From the NCBI GenBank assembly GCA_036446195.1, contig JAZFSN010000051.1, positions 1 to 40,547 on the forward strand: 40,547 nt of DNA, written 5' to 3'. This DNA comes from Thermodesulfovibrionia bacterium. GTDB lineage: Bacteria > Nitrospirota > Thermodesulfovibrionia > UBA6902 > BMS3Bbin08. A program made the translations under genes and the position numbers. Positions 9,786 through 19,600 of the stretch are shown piece after piece. The notes below the pieces were generated by a model. That model saw nothing but the letters and a program-made list of their open reading frames with translations. It was not told where the DNA came from and ran no database searches. Position 1 is the first letter of the stretch, and every line of letters begins with the position of its first letter.

Positions 9786-11093
9786 ATGGGTATTATTAAC
9801 AGTTTTAAAAATATATTCAAGATAGTAGAGCTCAAAAACAGGGTTTTGTTCACCTTTGCCCTGCTTGCTGTTTACAGAATAGGTGCCCACATTCCTACGC
9901 CCGGTATTAATGGCGAAGAATTAAGCAAGTTTCTTACAGAACAAGGTGGGGCGCTTATGGGTTTTTTTGATATGTTTACCGGCGGGGCTCTATCGAGAGT
10001 GACTATTTTTGCTCTCGGAATAATGCCGTATATAAGCGCCTCTATTATTTTACAGCTCCTGACTGTTGTAATCCCTGCTCTTGGAAGGCTTGCCAAAGAA
10101 GGGGAAAGGGGCAGAAAGAAGATTACGCAGTATACAAGGTATGGAACCGTTGTGATAAGTGCAATCCAGTCTTTTGGTATTTCTGTCGGTATTGAAGGGA
10201 TGAGCCAGGGGGCTTTTGTGCAGACTCCCGGCTGGTCTTTCAGGCTTATGACCATGATTACCCTGACCTCAGGGACTGCCTTTATCATGTGGCTTGGAGA
10301 ACAGATAACAGAGCGCGGTATTGGTAACGGTATATCTCTTATAATCTTTGCAGGTATAGTATCGAGGTTCCCAAATGCAGTTATAGATACGACAAGACTA
10401 GTCAGTATTGGTGAACTGCATCTTTTTTTATTGATAGCCCTGGTAATTGTGATGATAGCAGTTGTTGGTATTATTGTTTTTGTAGAGCGCGGACAGAGAA
10501 AAATTCCTATCCAATATGCGAAAAGGGTTGTAGGTAGAAAGGTATACGGCGGGCAGAGCACGCATCTGCCGCTCAAGGTGAATACCGCAGGTGTTATACC
10601 ACTGATATTTGCATCATCAGTCATAATGTTTCCTGCTACTATTGCCAGCTTTATAGCAATACCGTGGGTTCAGGCTATGGCAGGACAGCTTGCCCCGGGG
10701 ACATTGTTTTATACGCTAATCTATGTCGGAATGATTTTCTTTTTCTGTTATTTTTATACGGCTATAATCTTTAATCCAGTTGACATAGCAGACAATTTGA
10801 AGAAATATGGAGGCTTTATTCCTGGGATAAGACCCGGGCAGATGACATCTGAATATATTTACAGGGTTCTTGCAAGGATTACATTTGGAGGTGCAGTATA
10901 TCTATCGGTAGTAGCTATATTGCCAGATATCTTAAGTGGTTATTTTAATGTTCCTTTTTATTTTGGGGGGACATCGCTTCTTATAGTTGTAGGTGTAGCC
11001 CTTGATACTGTTTCACAGATAGAGTCTCATTTAATAACCCGTTCCTACGAAGGTTTTCTTAAAAAAGGAAAGATTCGTGGAAGGCGCGGATAG
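9786..11093 (+). CDS. secY: Preprotein translocase subunit SecY
   Basis: 435 aa polytopic membrane protein, ALGIMPYISASIILQLL, GEQITERGIGNGISLIIFAGI motifs. Confidence 0.97.
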   Translation: MGIINSFKNIFKIVELKNRVLFTFALLAVYRIGAHIPTPGINGEELSKFLTEQGGALMGFFDMFTGGALSRVTIFALGIMPYISASIILQLLTVVIPALGRLAKEGERGRKKITQYTRYGTVVISAIQSFGISVGIEGMSQGAFVQTPGWSFRLMTMITLTSGTAFIMWLGEQITERGIGNGISLIIFAGIVSRFPNAVIDTTRLVSIGELHLFLLIALVIVMIAVVGIIVFVERGQRKIPIQYAKRVVGRKVYGGQSTHLPLKVNTAGVIPLIFASSVIMFPATIASFIAIPWVQAMAGQLAPGTLFYTLIYVGMIFFFCYFYTAIIFNPVDIADNLKKYGGFIPGIRPGQMTSEYIYRVLARITFGGAVYLSVVAILPDILSGYFNVPFYFGGTSLLIVVGVALDTVSQIESHLITRSYEGFLKKGKIRGRRG

Positions 11094-11095
11094 CT

Positions 11096-11155
11096 CGTTA
11101 TTTGTTATACGTACTAAGGAAAGAGCGTAAACATTACGTATCTGTCCAAATAACG
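11096..11155 (+). repeat. Imperfect inverted repeat in secY-map spacer
   Basis: CGTTATTTGTTATACGTA ... TACGTATCTGTCCAAATAACG, followed by ATAACGAATAAC-type direct repeats. Confidence 0.55.
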
Positions 11156-11206
11156 AATAACCTATAACGAATAACGGTTGTTGATTTTGGTATTTGGGTT
11201 TAATTA

Positions 11207-11953
11207 TTGATAGTTCTTAAGTCACAGGATGAGATTAAAAAAATAGGTGAAGCATGTCTTATTGTAGCAGAGACGCTTGAGGGTATAAAGAAGATTGTAG
11301 TTCCCGGGATTACCACTGAGGAGCTTGACAGGTTTGTGGAATCCTTTATCGTATCTAAAAACGCAACCCCGGCCTTTAAGGGGTACAGGGGTTATCCTGC
11401 AAGTCTTTGTGCCTCTATAAATGAAGAGGTTGTCCATGGAATTCCTTCCTCAGCAAAGTTGAAAGAGGGAGATATTATCAGTCTTGATGTTGGCGTTTAT
11501 TATAAAGGATTCTATGGGGATGCAGCTTTGACCCTGCCTGTGGGTAAGGCTGGGGAAGGAGTAAAGAAATTGCTTTCTGTTACTGAAGAGGCGCTATATC
11601 GCGGCATAGAAAATGCCGTTATTGGCAAAAGGCTTTTTGATATATCTTTTGCCATACAGAGCTATGTTGAAGATGCAGGTTTTTCAGTCGTCAGAAATTT
11701 TGTGGGCCACGGTATAGGCAGAGAACTCCATGAAGAACCTCAGCTTCCTAATTTTGGCAGTCAGGGGGAAGGTTCTGCTCTAATGGAAGGAATGACCTTA
11801 GCTATTGAGCCTATGGTTAATACAGGTGGCTGGGAAGTTGTAATTCTGGATAACAGTTGGACAGCGGTGACAAAAGATAAAAGCCTGTCAGCCCATTTTG
11901 AACATACGGTAGCTATAACGTCAGAAGGTCCAAAGACCTTGACTAAATTATAA
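11207..11953 (+). CDS. map: Methionine aminopeptidase, type I
   Basis: 248 aa, [42 protein letters not shown] metal-ligand motifs; TTG start. Confidence 0.95.
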   Translation: MIVLKSQDEIKKIGEACLIVAETLEGIKKIVVPGITTEELDRFVESFIVSKNATPAFKGYRGYPASLCASINEEVVHGIPSSAKLKEGDIISLDVGVYYKGFYGDAALTLPVGKAGEGVKKLLSVTEEALYRGIENAVIGKRLFDISFAIQSYVEDAGFSVVRNFVGHGIGRELHEEPQLPNFGSQGEGSALMEGMTLAIEPMVNTGGWEVVILDNSWTAVTKDKSLSAHFEHTVAITSEGPKTLTKL

Positions 11954-11981
11954 AAAGAACATATACTTACTTGTTTATAAT

Positions 11982-12200
11982 ATGCCCAAAGAAGAGGCAA
12001 TAGAGGTTCAGGGAACAATAATAGAAAATCTGCCCAACGCAATGTTCAGGGTTGAGCTTGAAAGCGGGCAGAGAATACTGGCTTATGTTTCTGGTAAGAT
12101 GCGTATGCATTTTATCAAAATATTACCTGGGGACAAGGTGACTTTAGAGCTCTCTCCTTATGACCTCACGAAAGGCAGAATAACATACAGATTCAAATGA
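11982..12200 (+). CDS. infA: Translation initiation factor IF-1
   Basis: 72 aa, [47 protein letters not shown]. Confidence 0.97.
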   Translation: MPKEEAIEVQGTIIENLPNAMFRVELESGQRILAYVSGKMRMHFIKILPGDKVTLELSPYDLTKGRITYRFK

Positions 12201-12273
12201 TAAGATTAAGGCTGAGAAGAGAATTCTTATTTTTTCTTAACCTCAACCTCAACCTTATTCTAATGAGGTAGAT

Positions 12274-12387
12274 ATGAAAGTACGTTCATCAGTAAAACCT
12301 ATATGTACAAAATGCAAGATTATAAAAAGAAAAGGCGTGGTGAGAGTTGTTTGCAGTAACCCAAGACATAAACAGCGACAGGGATAA
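12274..12387 (+). CDS. rpmJ: 50S ribosomal protein L36 (zinc form)
   Basis: Not in ORF track (37 aa). Hand translation [37 protein letters not shown]; GAGG SD 6 nt upstream. Confidence 0.93.
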   Translation: MKVRSSVKPICTKCKIIKRKGVVRVVCSNPRHKQRQG

Positions 12388-12391
12388 AAAA

Positions 12392-12419
12392 ACAGTTAAC
12401 AGTTAACAGTTAACAGTTA
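12392..12419 (+). repeat. Tandem heptamer (ACAGTTA)x4
   Basis: Four perfect head-to-tail copies; contains a reiterated GTTAAC palindrome; rpmJ-rpsM spacer. Confidence 0.9.
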
Positions 12420-12496
12420 AAAAATTATGAGTTAAAATACTTTCACATATCTTCACTTTTCACTTTCAGCTTTTAACTTTCTTTAAAGGAGATAGG

Positions 12497-12868
12497 ATGA
12501 GGATTGCAGGTGTTGACTTACCTAAAAATGAAAGGGTTGAAATAGGCCTTACGAGGATTTTTGGCATAGGAAAGCCTTGTTCCCAAAAGATACTTAGAGC
12601 AACGGGTGTAGACCCCGATAAAAAAGTTAAAACCCTGACCGATGATGAAGGCATAAAAATAAGGACTATTATTGATAGGGACTATAAGGTTGAAGGTGAT
12701 CTGAAACGCGAAATTTCCATGAACATAAAAAGAGTTATTGATATAGGTTCGTACATCGGGTATAGACATAAAGCTGGTTTGCCTGTAAGAGGGCAGAGGA
12801 CAAAAACAAATGCCAGAACCCGTAAAGGACCGAAAAGGGCTATTGCCTTTAAAAAGAAGGAGAGTTAA
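12497..12868 (+). CDS. rpsM: 30S ribosomal protein S13
   Basis: [25 protein letters not shown]..., [18 protein letters not shown]. Confidence 0.97.
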   Translation: MRIAGVDLPKNERVEIGLTRIFGIGKPCSQKILRATGVDPDKKVKTLTDDEGIKIRTIIDRDYKVEGDLKREISMNIKRVIDIGSYIGYRHKAGLPVRGQRTKTNARTRKGPKRAIAFKKKES

Positions 12869-13254
12869 TGGCACAGAGAGGAAAAGGAGGCAAAAAGGAA
12901 AAAAAAGTTGTACATGTAGGGGCAGCCTATATTCAGGCTACATTTAATAATACGATAATCACAATTACGGACCCCAACGGCAATGTAGTTACATGGTCCT
13001 CGGCAGGTGTCCAGGGCTTTAAGGGTTCGAGAAAAGGCACACCATATGCTGCTCAGATAGCAGCACATGCAGCCGCTAAAAAGGCGATGGATTTTGGGAT
13101 GAGACAGATAGATGTTTTTATAAAGGGTCCTGGCGCGGGAAGGGAATCTGCTATAAGGGCACTTCAGGCAGCAGGACTTGAGATAAAACGTATAAAAGAT
13201 ATAACTCCTGTTCCGCATAACGGCTGCAAACCTCCCAAGAGGAGGAGGGTGTAA
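12868..13254 (+). CDS. rpsK: 30S ribosomal protein S11
   Basis: [30 protein letters not shown]..., [13 protein letters not shown]. Confidence 0.97.
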   Translation: MAQRGKGGKKEKKVVHVGAAYIQATFNNTIITITDPNGNVVTWSSAGVQGFKGSRKGTPYAAQIAAHAAAKKAMDFGMRQIDVFIKGPGAGRESAIRALQAAGLEIKRIKDITPVPHNGCKPPKRRRV

Positions 13255-13257
13255 AAA

Positions 13258-13884
13258 ATGGCAAGGTATAATGATGCATTATGCAAGTTATGCAGGAGGG
13301 AAAGCGAGAAGCTTTTTTTGAAAGGAGATAGATGTTATACGGATAAATGTGCTATTGAAAGGAGAAAGTATGCGCCGGGAATGCACGGACAAAGGAGGAA
13401 AAAACCATCTGATTACGGACTGCAGCTGAGGGAGAAACAGAAGGTCAGGCATATTTACGGCATCCTTGAAAGGCAGTTTAAAAGATATTTTTACATTGCT
13501 GAAGGAAAGAAGGGAGTTACCGGAAGTAATCTCCTTCAACTTCTGGAAAGCAGGCTTGATAACGTGGCTTATCGTCTTGGATTTGCTGCAAACAGGGGAC
13601 AGGCAAGGCAGCTTGTAACACATGGTCATTTTAAGGTAAACGGTAAACCTGTAACGATTCCTTCTTATCATGTTAGAGCTGGTGATATTATTGAGCCCAA
13701 GGAATCGAGCAAGAAACTTGTTATCATACAGGACAGTATTGCCAAGGCTGAGCATAGAGGTTTCCCTGCCTGGATTGAAATGGACATAAAGAACCTCAGG
13801 GGTAAGATACATCATCTTCCTTCTCGGGAGGAGATCCCATTGCCTGTTAAGGAACAACTAATAATTGAATTATATTCAAAATAA
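13258..13884 (+). CDS. rpsD: 30S ribosomal protein S4 (zinc-finger form)
   Basis: [36 protein letters not shown]; S4 RNA-binding domain [11 protein letters not shown]. Confidence 0.97.
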   Translation: MARYNDALCKLCRRESEKLFLKGDRCYTDKCAIERRKYAPGMHGQRRKKPSDYGLQLREKQKVRHIYGILERQFKRYFYIAEGKKGVTGSNLLQLLESRLDNVAYRLGFAANRGQARQLVTHGHFKVNGKPVTIPSYHVRAGDIIEPKESSKKLVIIQDSIAKAEHRGFPAWIEMDIKNLRGKIHHLPSREEIPLPVKEQLIIELYSK

Positions 13885-13888
13885 ATAA

Positions 13889-13986
13889 CTGATTTCACAG
13901 ATTAAAAGACTCTGATTACACAGATCTAAAAAAGTAGAGAGTGAAAAAAATCCGTGTAATCGTCTTAAAAAAATTGGTGTAATCAG
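13889..13986 (+). repeat. CTGATTTCACAGATT / GATTACACAGAT-family nested double hairpin
   Basis: Outer arms 13889-13903 and 13972-13986 (12/15); inner arms CTGATTACACAGATC 13912-13926 and ATCCGTGTAATCG 13950-13962; starts 4 nt after the rpsD stop. Confidence 0.8.
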
Positions 13987-14018
13987 TATAATGAACATTC
14001 ATTATACAGGGGGGCTTA

Positions 14019-15041
14019 ATGGATTTAAGGAAAAAAGGCTTTCATTTACCCGAGAAGGTTGAGTTTGATGTTGAAAGTCTTACTAATACGTATGGTAAGA
14101 TTTGTGCAGAGCCATTTGAAAGGGGGTTTGGCACTACTATCGGTAGTTCGTTAAGGAGGGTTTTACTCTCTTCAATTGAGGGAGCAGCTGTAACGTCTAT
14201 CAGGATTCCAGGGGTACTTCATGAATTTTCAACCATACCAAAGGTAAAAGAAGATGTAGTTGACATTGTGTTAAATGTAAAACAGCTGAGGTTTAAACTT
14301 CATTCTGATGCGCCAAAGGTTGCTTTAATCAATGTTAAAAGACCGGGAGAAGTTAAGGGAAAGGATATTACTGCAGGTGCTCAGGTAGAGCTTCTTACAC
14401 CGGAACAACATATTTTAACACTGGAAAAAGATATTAACTTTAAAATGGAATTGTCAGTTGCAAAAGGCAGGGGCTTTATCCCTGCTGAAAGTAATAAGAC
14501 AGAAGATCAGGCAGTGGATGTCATTGCGGTGGATTCACTTTTTACTCCCATAAAAAAGTTTAATTTCAGTGTTGAGAATGCGAGGGTCGGGCATTCAACA
14601 GATTATGACAGGCTTATTATGGAGATATGGACTGATGGAAGTATTACACCGCAACAGGCACTTACGCAGGCTACCGATGTTATTAGAGGACATATGCACC
14701 TGTTTTCTTTTGAAGAGGAATCGGTAATGGAAGAAGATATTGTTGAAACCCGGGAAGAAGAAAGTCTGACGGGCTTTAATGAAAATCTTCTCAGGAACGT
14801 TGACGAACTTGAGCTTTCAGTCCGCTCCTACAATTGTCTGAAAAATGCAAATATTCGTACAATTGCTGACCTTGTTCAGAAGACAGATCAGGAAATGCTC
14901 AGGACCAAGAACTTTGGAAGAAAATCTTTAAACGAGATAAGAGAGGTTCTCAGGTCAATGGGATTGCATTTCAACATGAGAATAGAGTCGGATTCATTAC
15001 ATGAAGAAGGCTCAGCAAAAAGTGAAGACAATGCGGCATAG
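14019..15041 (+). CDS. rpoA: DNA-directed RNA polymerase subunit alpha
   Basis: 340 aa, GFGTTIGSSLRRVLLSSIEGAAVTS, C-terminal domain ELSVRSYNCLKNANIRTIADLV. Confidence 0.97.
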   Translation: MDLRKKGFHLPEKVEFDVESLTNTYGKICAEPFERGFGTTIGSSLRRVLLSSIEGAAVTSIRIPGVLHEFSTIPKVKEDVVDIVLNVKQLRFKLHSDAPKVALINVKRPGEVKGKDITAGAQVELLTPEQHILTLEKDINFKMELSVAKGRGFIPAESNKTEDQAVDVIAVDSLFTPIKKFNFSVENARVGHSTDYDRLIMEIWTDGSITPQQALTQATDVIRGHMHLFSFEEESVMEEDIVETREEESLTGFNENLLRNVDELELSVRSYNCLKNANIRTIADLVQKTDQEMLRTKNFGRKSLNEIREVLRSMGLHFNMRIESDSLHEEGSAKSEDNAA

Positions 15042-15513
15042 AGTGGCTGGCAGAGGTCTCGGCAGAAATACAAACCAGAGAAAGGCCCTTTTGAGATGTC
15101 TGGTATTATCATTATTTAAACATCTAAAGATAGAAACTACACTTGCTAAGGCAAAGGAGGCAAAAAAGACAGCTGAACATATAATTAGCCTTGGCAAGAA
15201 AGGAGACTTACATTCAAGGAGATTGGCGCTCTCACGTCTTCCCAATAGAGATATAATTTCAAGACTCTTTAATGTTATAGCTCCAAAAATTACCAATAGA
15301 GATAGTGGTTATCTGCGCATTGTGAAAACCAGGGTCCGTCAGGGGGACTGCTCTTCTATGGCTATTCTTGAGTTTGTTGACTATGAAACACTGAGAGAAA
15401 AGAAGAAAGAGAAGAAAAAGACAAAGAAAGAAGGAAAAGAAAAGAAAGAAGGGAAAGAAAAGAAACAACGAAAAGAAAAGAAAGAAGGCAAAGAAACGAA
15501 AAAAGGAGGTTAA
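15031..15513 (+). CDS. rplQ: 50S ribosomal protein L17 with Lys/Glu-rich repeat tail
   Basis: Start at MRHRVAGRGLGRNTNQRKALL (ORF track 15001); conserved core ends MAILEFVD, followed by about 40 aa of KE repeats. Confidence 0.94.
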   Translation: MRHRVAGRGLGRNTNQRKALLRCLVLSLFKHLKIETTLAKAKEAKKTAEHIISLGKKGDLHSRRLALSRLPNRDIISRLFNVIAPKITNRDSGYLRIVKTRVRQGDCSSMAILEFVDYETLREKKKEKKKTKKEGKEKKEGKEKKQRKEKKEGKETKKGG

Positions 15514-15539
15514 GCGTCCTTCCAAAGGCGGTCTGAATT

Positions 15540-16523
15540 TTAACCCTGTTCTTTTATTGCCCCCACGCGCCTGAATTTTTTATATCGTTCTTCACGGAGT
15601 AAATCCAATGGTTTTTTTATTAGTTCGACAAGATGCCTTTTAAGCACTTTTTTAACTAAAGCAGCAGCCTCTTTCGGGTCTCTATGGGCTCCCCCAATCG
15701 GCTCAGGAATTATTTCGTCTATTGCCTCAAAGCCGTATAAATCCTGAGCAGTCAATTTTAGCGCTTCAGCTGCCTTTTCATACTCTTGCTGGCCAACCTC
15801 GGAATTGTTTTTTTTCCACAGAATGGCTGCGCAACCTTCCGGTGAAATTACAGAATATATTGAGTGTTCAAGCATAAGAATTCTATCTCCAACAGCAAGC
15901 GCAAGGGCGCCTCCACTGCCCCCTTCTCCAATTATTACTGAGACTATGGGTGTTTTAAGCATGGACATTTCAAAGAGGTTTGTTGCGATTGCCTCAGCCT
16001 GGCCTCTTTCTTCGGCGCCTATACCAGGATAGGCGCCAGGTGTGTCAACAAGGGTGATAACAGGCTTGCCAAATCTTTCAGCCAGTTTCATTATCCTTAG
16101 TGCCTTCCTGTAGCCTTCAGGGTGGGGCTGCCCGAAATTTCTCCATATCCTTTCTTTTGTACTTTTACCTTTTTGGTGACCTATAACAGCTACAGGTATG
16201 CCCTGAAATCTTGCAAATCCGCCTACTATAGCAGGGTCGTCTGAGAATCGTCTGTCGCCGTGGAGTTCAATAAAATCTTCCATCAAAAGTCCGATATAGT
16301 CGAGAGTGTGCGGTCTTTCCTGGTGTCGCGCTATTAAAATTTTCTGCCAGGGTGTTAATTTTGAGAAAATGTCCACCCTTAAATCTTTTGCTTTTTTCTC
16401 TAATTTTTTTATTTCAGAAGTAATATTCATGTCCCTGCCGTCTGCAAGACGTTTTAGTTCTTCAATTTTGTTTTCCAGCTCTGCAACAGGTTTTTCAAAA
16501 TCAAGATAGTAATACATCACCAA
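15540..16523 (-). CDS. accA: Acetyl-CoA carboxylase carboxyltransferase subunit alpha
   Basis: 327 aa, [11 protein letters not shown]..., [35 protein letters not shown] motifs. Confidence 0.95.
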   Translation of the reverse strand: MVMYYYLDFEKPVAELENKIEELKRLADGRDMNITSEIKKLEKKAKDLRVDIFSKLTPWQKILIARHQERPHTLDYIGLLMEDFIELHGDRRFSDDPAIVGGFARFQGIPVAVIGHQKGKSTKERIWRNFGQPHPEGYRKALRIMKLAERFGKPVITLVDTPGAYPGIGAEERGQAEAIATNLFEMSMLKTPIVSVIIGEGGSGGALALAVGDRILMLEHSIYSVISPEGCAAILWKKNNSEVGQQEYEKAAEALKLTAQDLYGFEAIDEIIPEPIGGAHRDPKEAAALVKKVLKRHLVELIKKPLDLLREERYKKFRRVGAIKEQG

Positions 16524-16524
16524 T

Positions 16525-16593
16525 GATTTTGGATTTTGGATTTTGGATTTCGGGTTTTTTCATTCCGCAATCTGCAATCTGCAATCCGCAATT
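16525..16593. repeat. Heptamer-periodic hairpin (GATTTTG)3... / ...(GCAATCT)n
   Basis: Arms 16525-16553 and 16565-16593: 19 Watson-Crick plus 6 G-T pairs of 29, with a mismatch every 7th position; dnaE-accA spacer. Confidence 0.7.
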
Positions 16594-16610
16594 CTCTCCT
16601 TTTTTCATTT

Positions 16611-19600
16611 TTAACTTAGTATTGCCATTCCTTTACCTAAAAGGCCTTCAATTTCTAAAATCATTTTTTCAGTCGGAGTTACATGCTGACCTGTTAATAT
16701 TAAGGTTTCCCATTGCCTTGGGGAAATAATTTTCAGATAAACAGGGACAGGATAATCACCCTTGTTTTTTAAGAGAATGTCCTTCAGATTTGAAAGCTCC
16801 CTTAAATCAGTATTGGCCTTCAGCGTTAATGTCATTGCCTTGAGTTTAAAGTTCAAAGTTTTGTTTATCAGACCCGTAGGGAGTTTTGAGTCCTGTAATT
16901 GAGGATTCAGGGAGTTGAGAGGTTGAGAAGTTTCGAAATTCCCACCCTCCCGGCTTCCTATCTTCTGTTTTCTCGCCTCGGCGAGTCGCCTGGGGTGACT
17001 TTCTTCTGCGAATTTCTCTCCATCTTCTATGGAAACTATTTTTTTTGCAATTATCTTTAACCCTTTATCGCTTTTGTCTATTTGTCCGGATATAATTATC
17101 GGGGAATCCTGAGAAATTATATTTACAGATTCTCTGTAAATGTCAGGGAAGACAATTAGTTCAACTGTGCCGTGAAGATCCTCAATGGTCAGGTAAGCCA
17201 TTAAATCGCCCTTTTTTTTAGTCTGAATCTTCTTGAGTTTTACAGGGATGCCGCCTACATTGATATCTTCTTTATCCGGCAAATCCTGAATTTCATGTGT
17301 TGGCGTAACTGATAGTTGTTCAAGTTTTTTCTTGTATCTGTTTAGAGGGTGTCCTGTAATGTAGAAACCGAGGGCGTCTTTTTCCATTAAGAGACGTTTA
17401 GATTCCCCCCATTCTTCTATTTCAGGCAGTGTCTGAGAAGCCGTTTGATGAGTTTCAAACATGCTCCTCTGACCAGAAAGTCTTTCTCTTTCGGCCTTGA
17501 GGGCAGTGTCCATGACAGAACTGAACGCTGACATTAACTGTGCCCTTTTCCCGAGGGAGTCCAGTGCCCCGGACTTTATAAGGCTTTCAATAACTTTTTT
17601 GTTTACTTTCCTTGAGTCAACCCTTATACAGAAATCCAGAAATGAAGCAAATTTTCCCTTATTACGAGATTCTATAATTGCCTCTATGGCAGAACTTCCT
17701 ATTCCTTTCACTGCCTCAAGCCCGAAACGGATTGAATTTTCTATTACATTAAATTCACGTTCGCTCTCATTAATATCAGGGGGAAGAATCTTCAGCCCCA
17801 TCTCTTTGCATTCATTAATGTATGTTACAATCTTTACTGTATTATCCATATCAGTACTCAGCGCAGCTGCCATGAATTCAACTGGATAGTGAGCCTTTAA
17901 ATATGCTGTCCTGTAAGCTATCAGGGCGTAAGCCGCAGAGTGTGATTTATTAAAACCGTACTGCGCAAAGTTGGCCATATCATTAAAGAGTTTTAGCGCC
18001 TTTTTCTCGGATATTTTATTTGATTTTGCTCCGGAAACGAAGGTGTCTTTCAATTTTTCCATCTCAGCTATCTTTTTCTTCCCCATTGCCCTTCTGAGTA
18101 TATCAGCCTCAGCCATTGAAAAGTTAGCTAACATGTTTGCGATTTTCATGACCTGTTCCTGATATAGGATTACCCCGTAGGTTTCTTCCAGGATTTCTTT
18201 TAATTGAGGCAGTTGATATTTAATCGGGCTTTTGCCTCTTTTGCGTTTTATAAAATCATCTACCATTCCGCTTCCAAGTGGACCCGGCCTGTAAAGGGCG
18301 ACAAGGGCTATCAACTCTTCAAATGTTTCCGGGTTTAGTTTTAAAAGCAGGTCTTTCATCCCTGTGCTCTCAAGCTGGAATATCCCAGTTGTTTTAGCTG
18401 TACAGAGCAATTTAAATACCTCTTTATCGTCAAGCGGTATATCTTTTATGGAAAAAGACTCAGGAGTTTTAGTTGTGTATGAGCCCTGGATAGATTTGTT
18501 TATGATTTTTTCTGTTTTATCTATTATTGTCAGGGTCTTCAGTCCAAGAAAATCAAACTTAGGAAGGCCGAGGGCTTCTATAGCATCCATGTCGAACTGT
18601 GTAATTATTGCTGTTTCATTTGGGGCTTTGTATAGCGGGAGGAATTCTGTTAAAGGCTCCGGGGAAATTACAACTCCAGCTGCATGCGTCGAGACATGTC
18701 TTGACAGCCCTTCAAGCCTTTGTGCAATATCAACCAGTTCTTTTATGGTTAGATTCGTGTCATAGAGCTCCTTGAACTTTGGTTCGATGTTAAGAGCGTC
18801 TTTCAGTGATATATTTGCAACGTTTGGTACGAGTTTTGCGACTTTGTCCACTTCAGCATAAGGTATGTCCATTGCCCTGCCAACATCCCTCAGGGCTGCC
18901 CGTGCCTGCATTGTGCCAAAAGTTACAATCTGGGCAACATGGTCTTTTCCAAAGCGTTCAGCAACATATTCTATTACCTCTGGTCTTCTGTTCATGCAGA
19001 AGTCCACATCAATGTCAGGCATGCTGATTCTCTCCGGATTTAAGAATCTCTCGAACAGAAGGTCATATCTGATCGGATCAATTTCGGTTATATCAAGGCA
19101 GTATGCAACAAGGCTGCCCGCAGCAGAACCCCTTCCGGGCCCTACAGGAATTTTTTTGTTTTTTGCATAGCTGATGAAATCCCATACAATAAGAAAATAG
19201 GAAGAGAATCCCATTGCATTGATTGTCTTAAGCTCACCTTGGAGCCTTTTTTTGTAATTTTCAGATATATTCCCTCCGAGTTTTTTATTAAGGCCTTCTT
19301 CTGCAAGTTTTTTTAGGTAGCTGTTTGAATCATAACCTTCAGGTATTTTATATTTAGGCAGGTGAAATGCACCGAATTTGAAATCAAGGTTGCATCTCTC
19401 GGCAATTTTTTTTGTATTTTCAATAGCCTCGGGTATATGCTTAAAAGCTTCTTTCATTTCAGCCGGGCTTTTAAAATAGAAGGCATCGCCGGAGAACTTC
19501 ATTCTGTTCTTATCTTTAAGGGTTTTGCCTGTCTGGATGCATAGAAGCACATCATGGGCCTTTGCATCTTCTCTTTTTAAATAATGACAGTCATTGGTTG

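Noticed and set aside
9872-10624. 250-aa ORF antisense to secY
   Set aside because: It lies entirely within the strongly conserved secY frame. Its composition (Pro/Ile/Thr-rich, no motifs) is typical of a shadow ORF. The same reasoning rejects 13288-13857 (antisense rpsD), 28943-29389 and 30101-30904 (antisense cheA/ATPase), 31809-32333, 34504-35049, 35012-35464, 36509-36871 and the many 60-130-aa antisense ORFs in dnaE, trpD, trpE and the r-protein genes.
11094-11206. Absence of adk between secY and map
   Set aside because: The adk position is variable among bacteria (for example it is not in the E. coli spc operon). The spacer is filled by a repeat hairpin, not a gene remnant.
12392-12419. 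Possible CRISPR array, considering this and the other tandem or interspersed repeats
   Set aside because: The units are only 7-15 nt, there are no regularly sized unique spacers, and there are no cas genes in the window. These are simple tandem repeats or REP-like hairpins.
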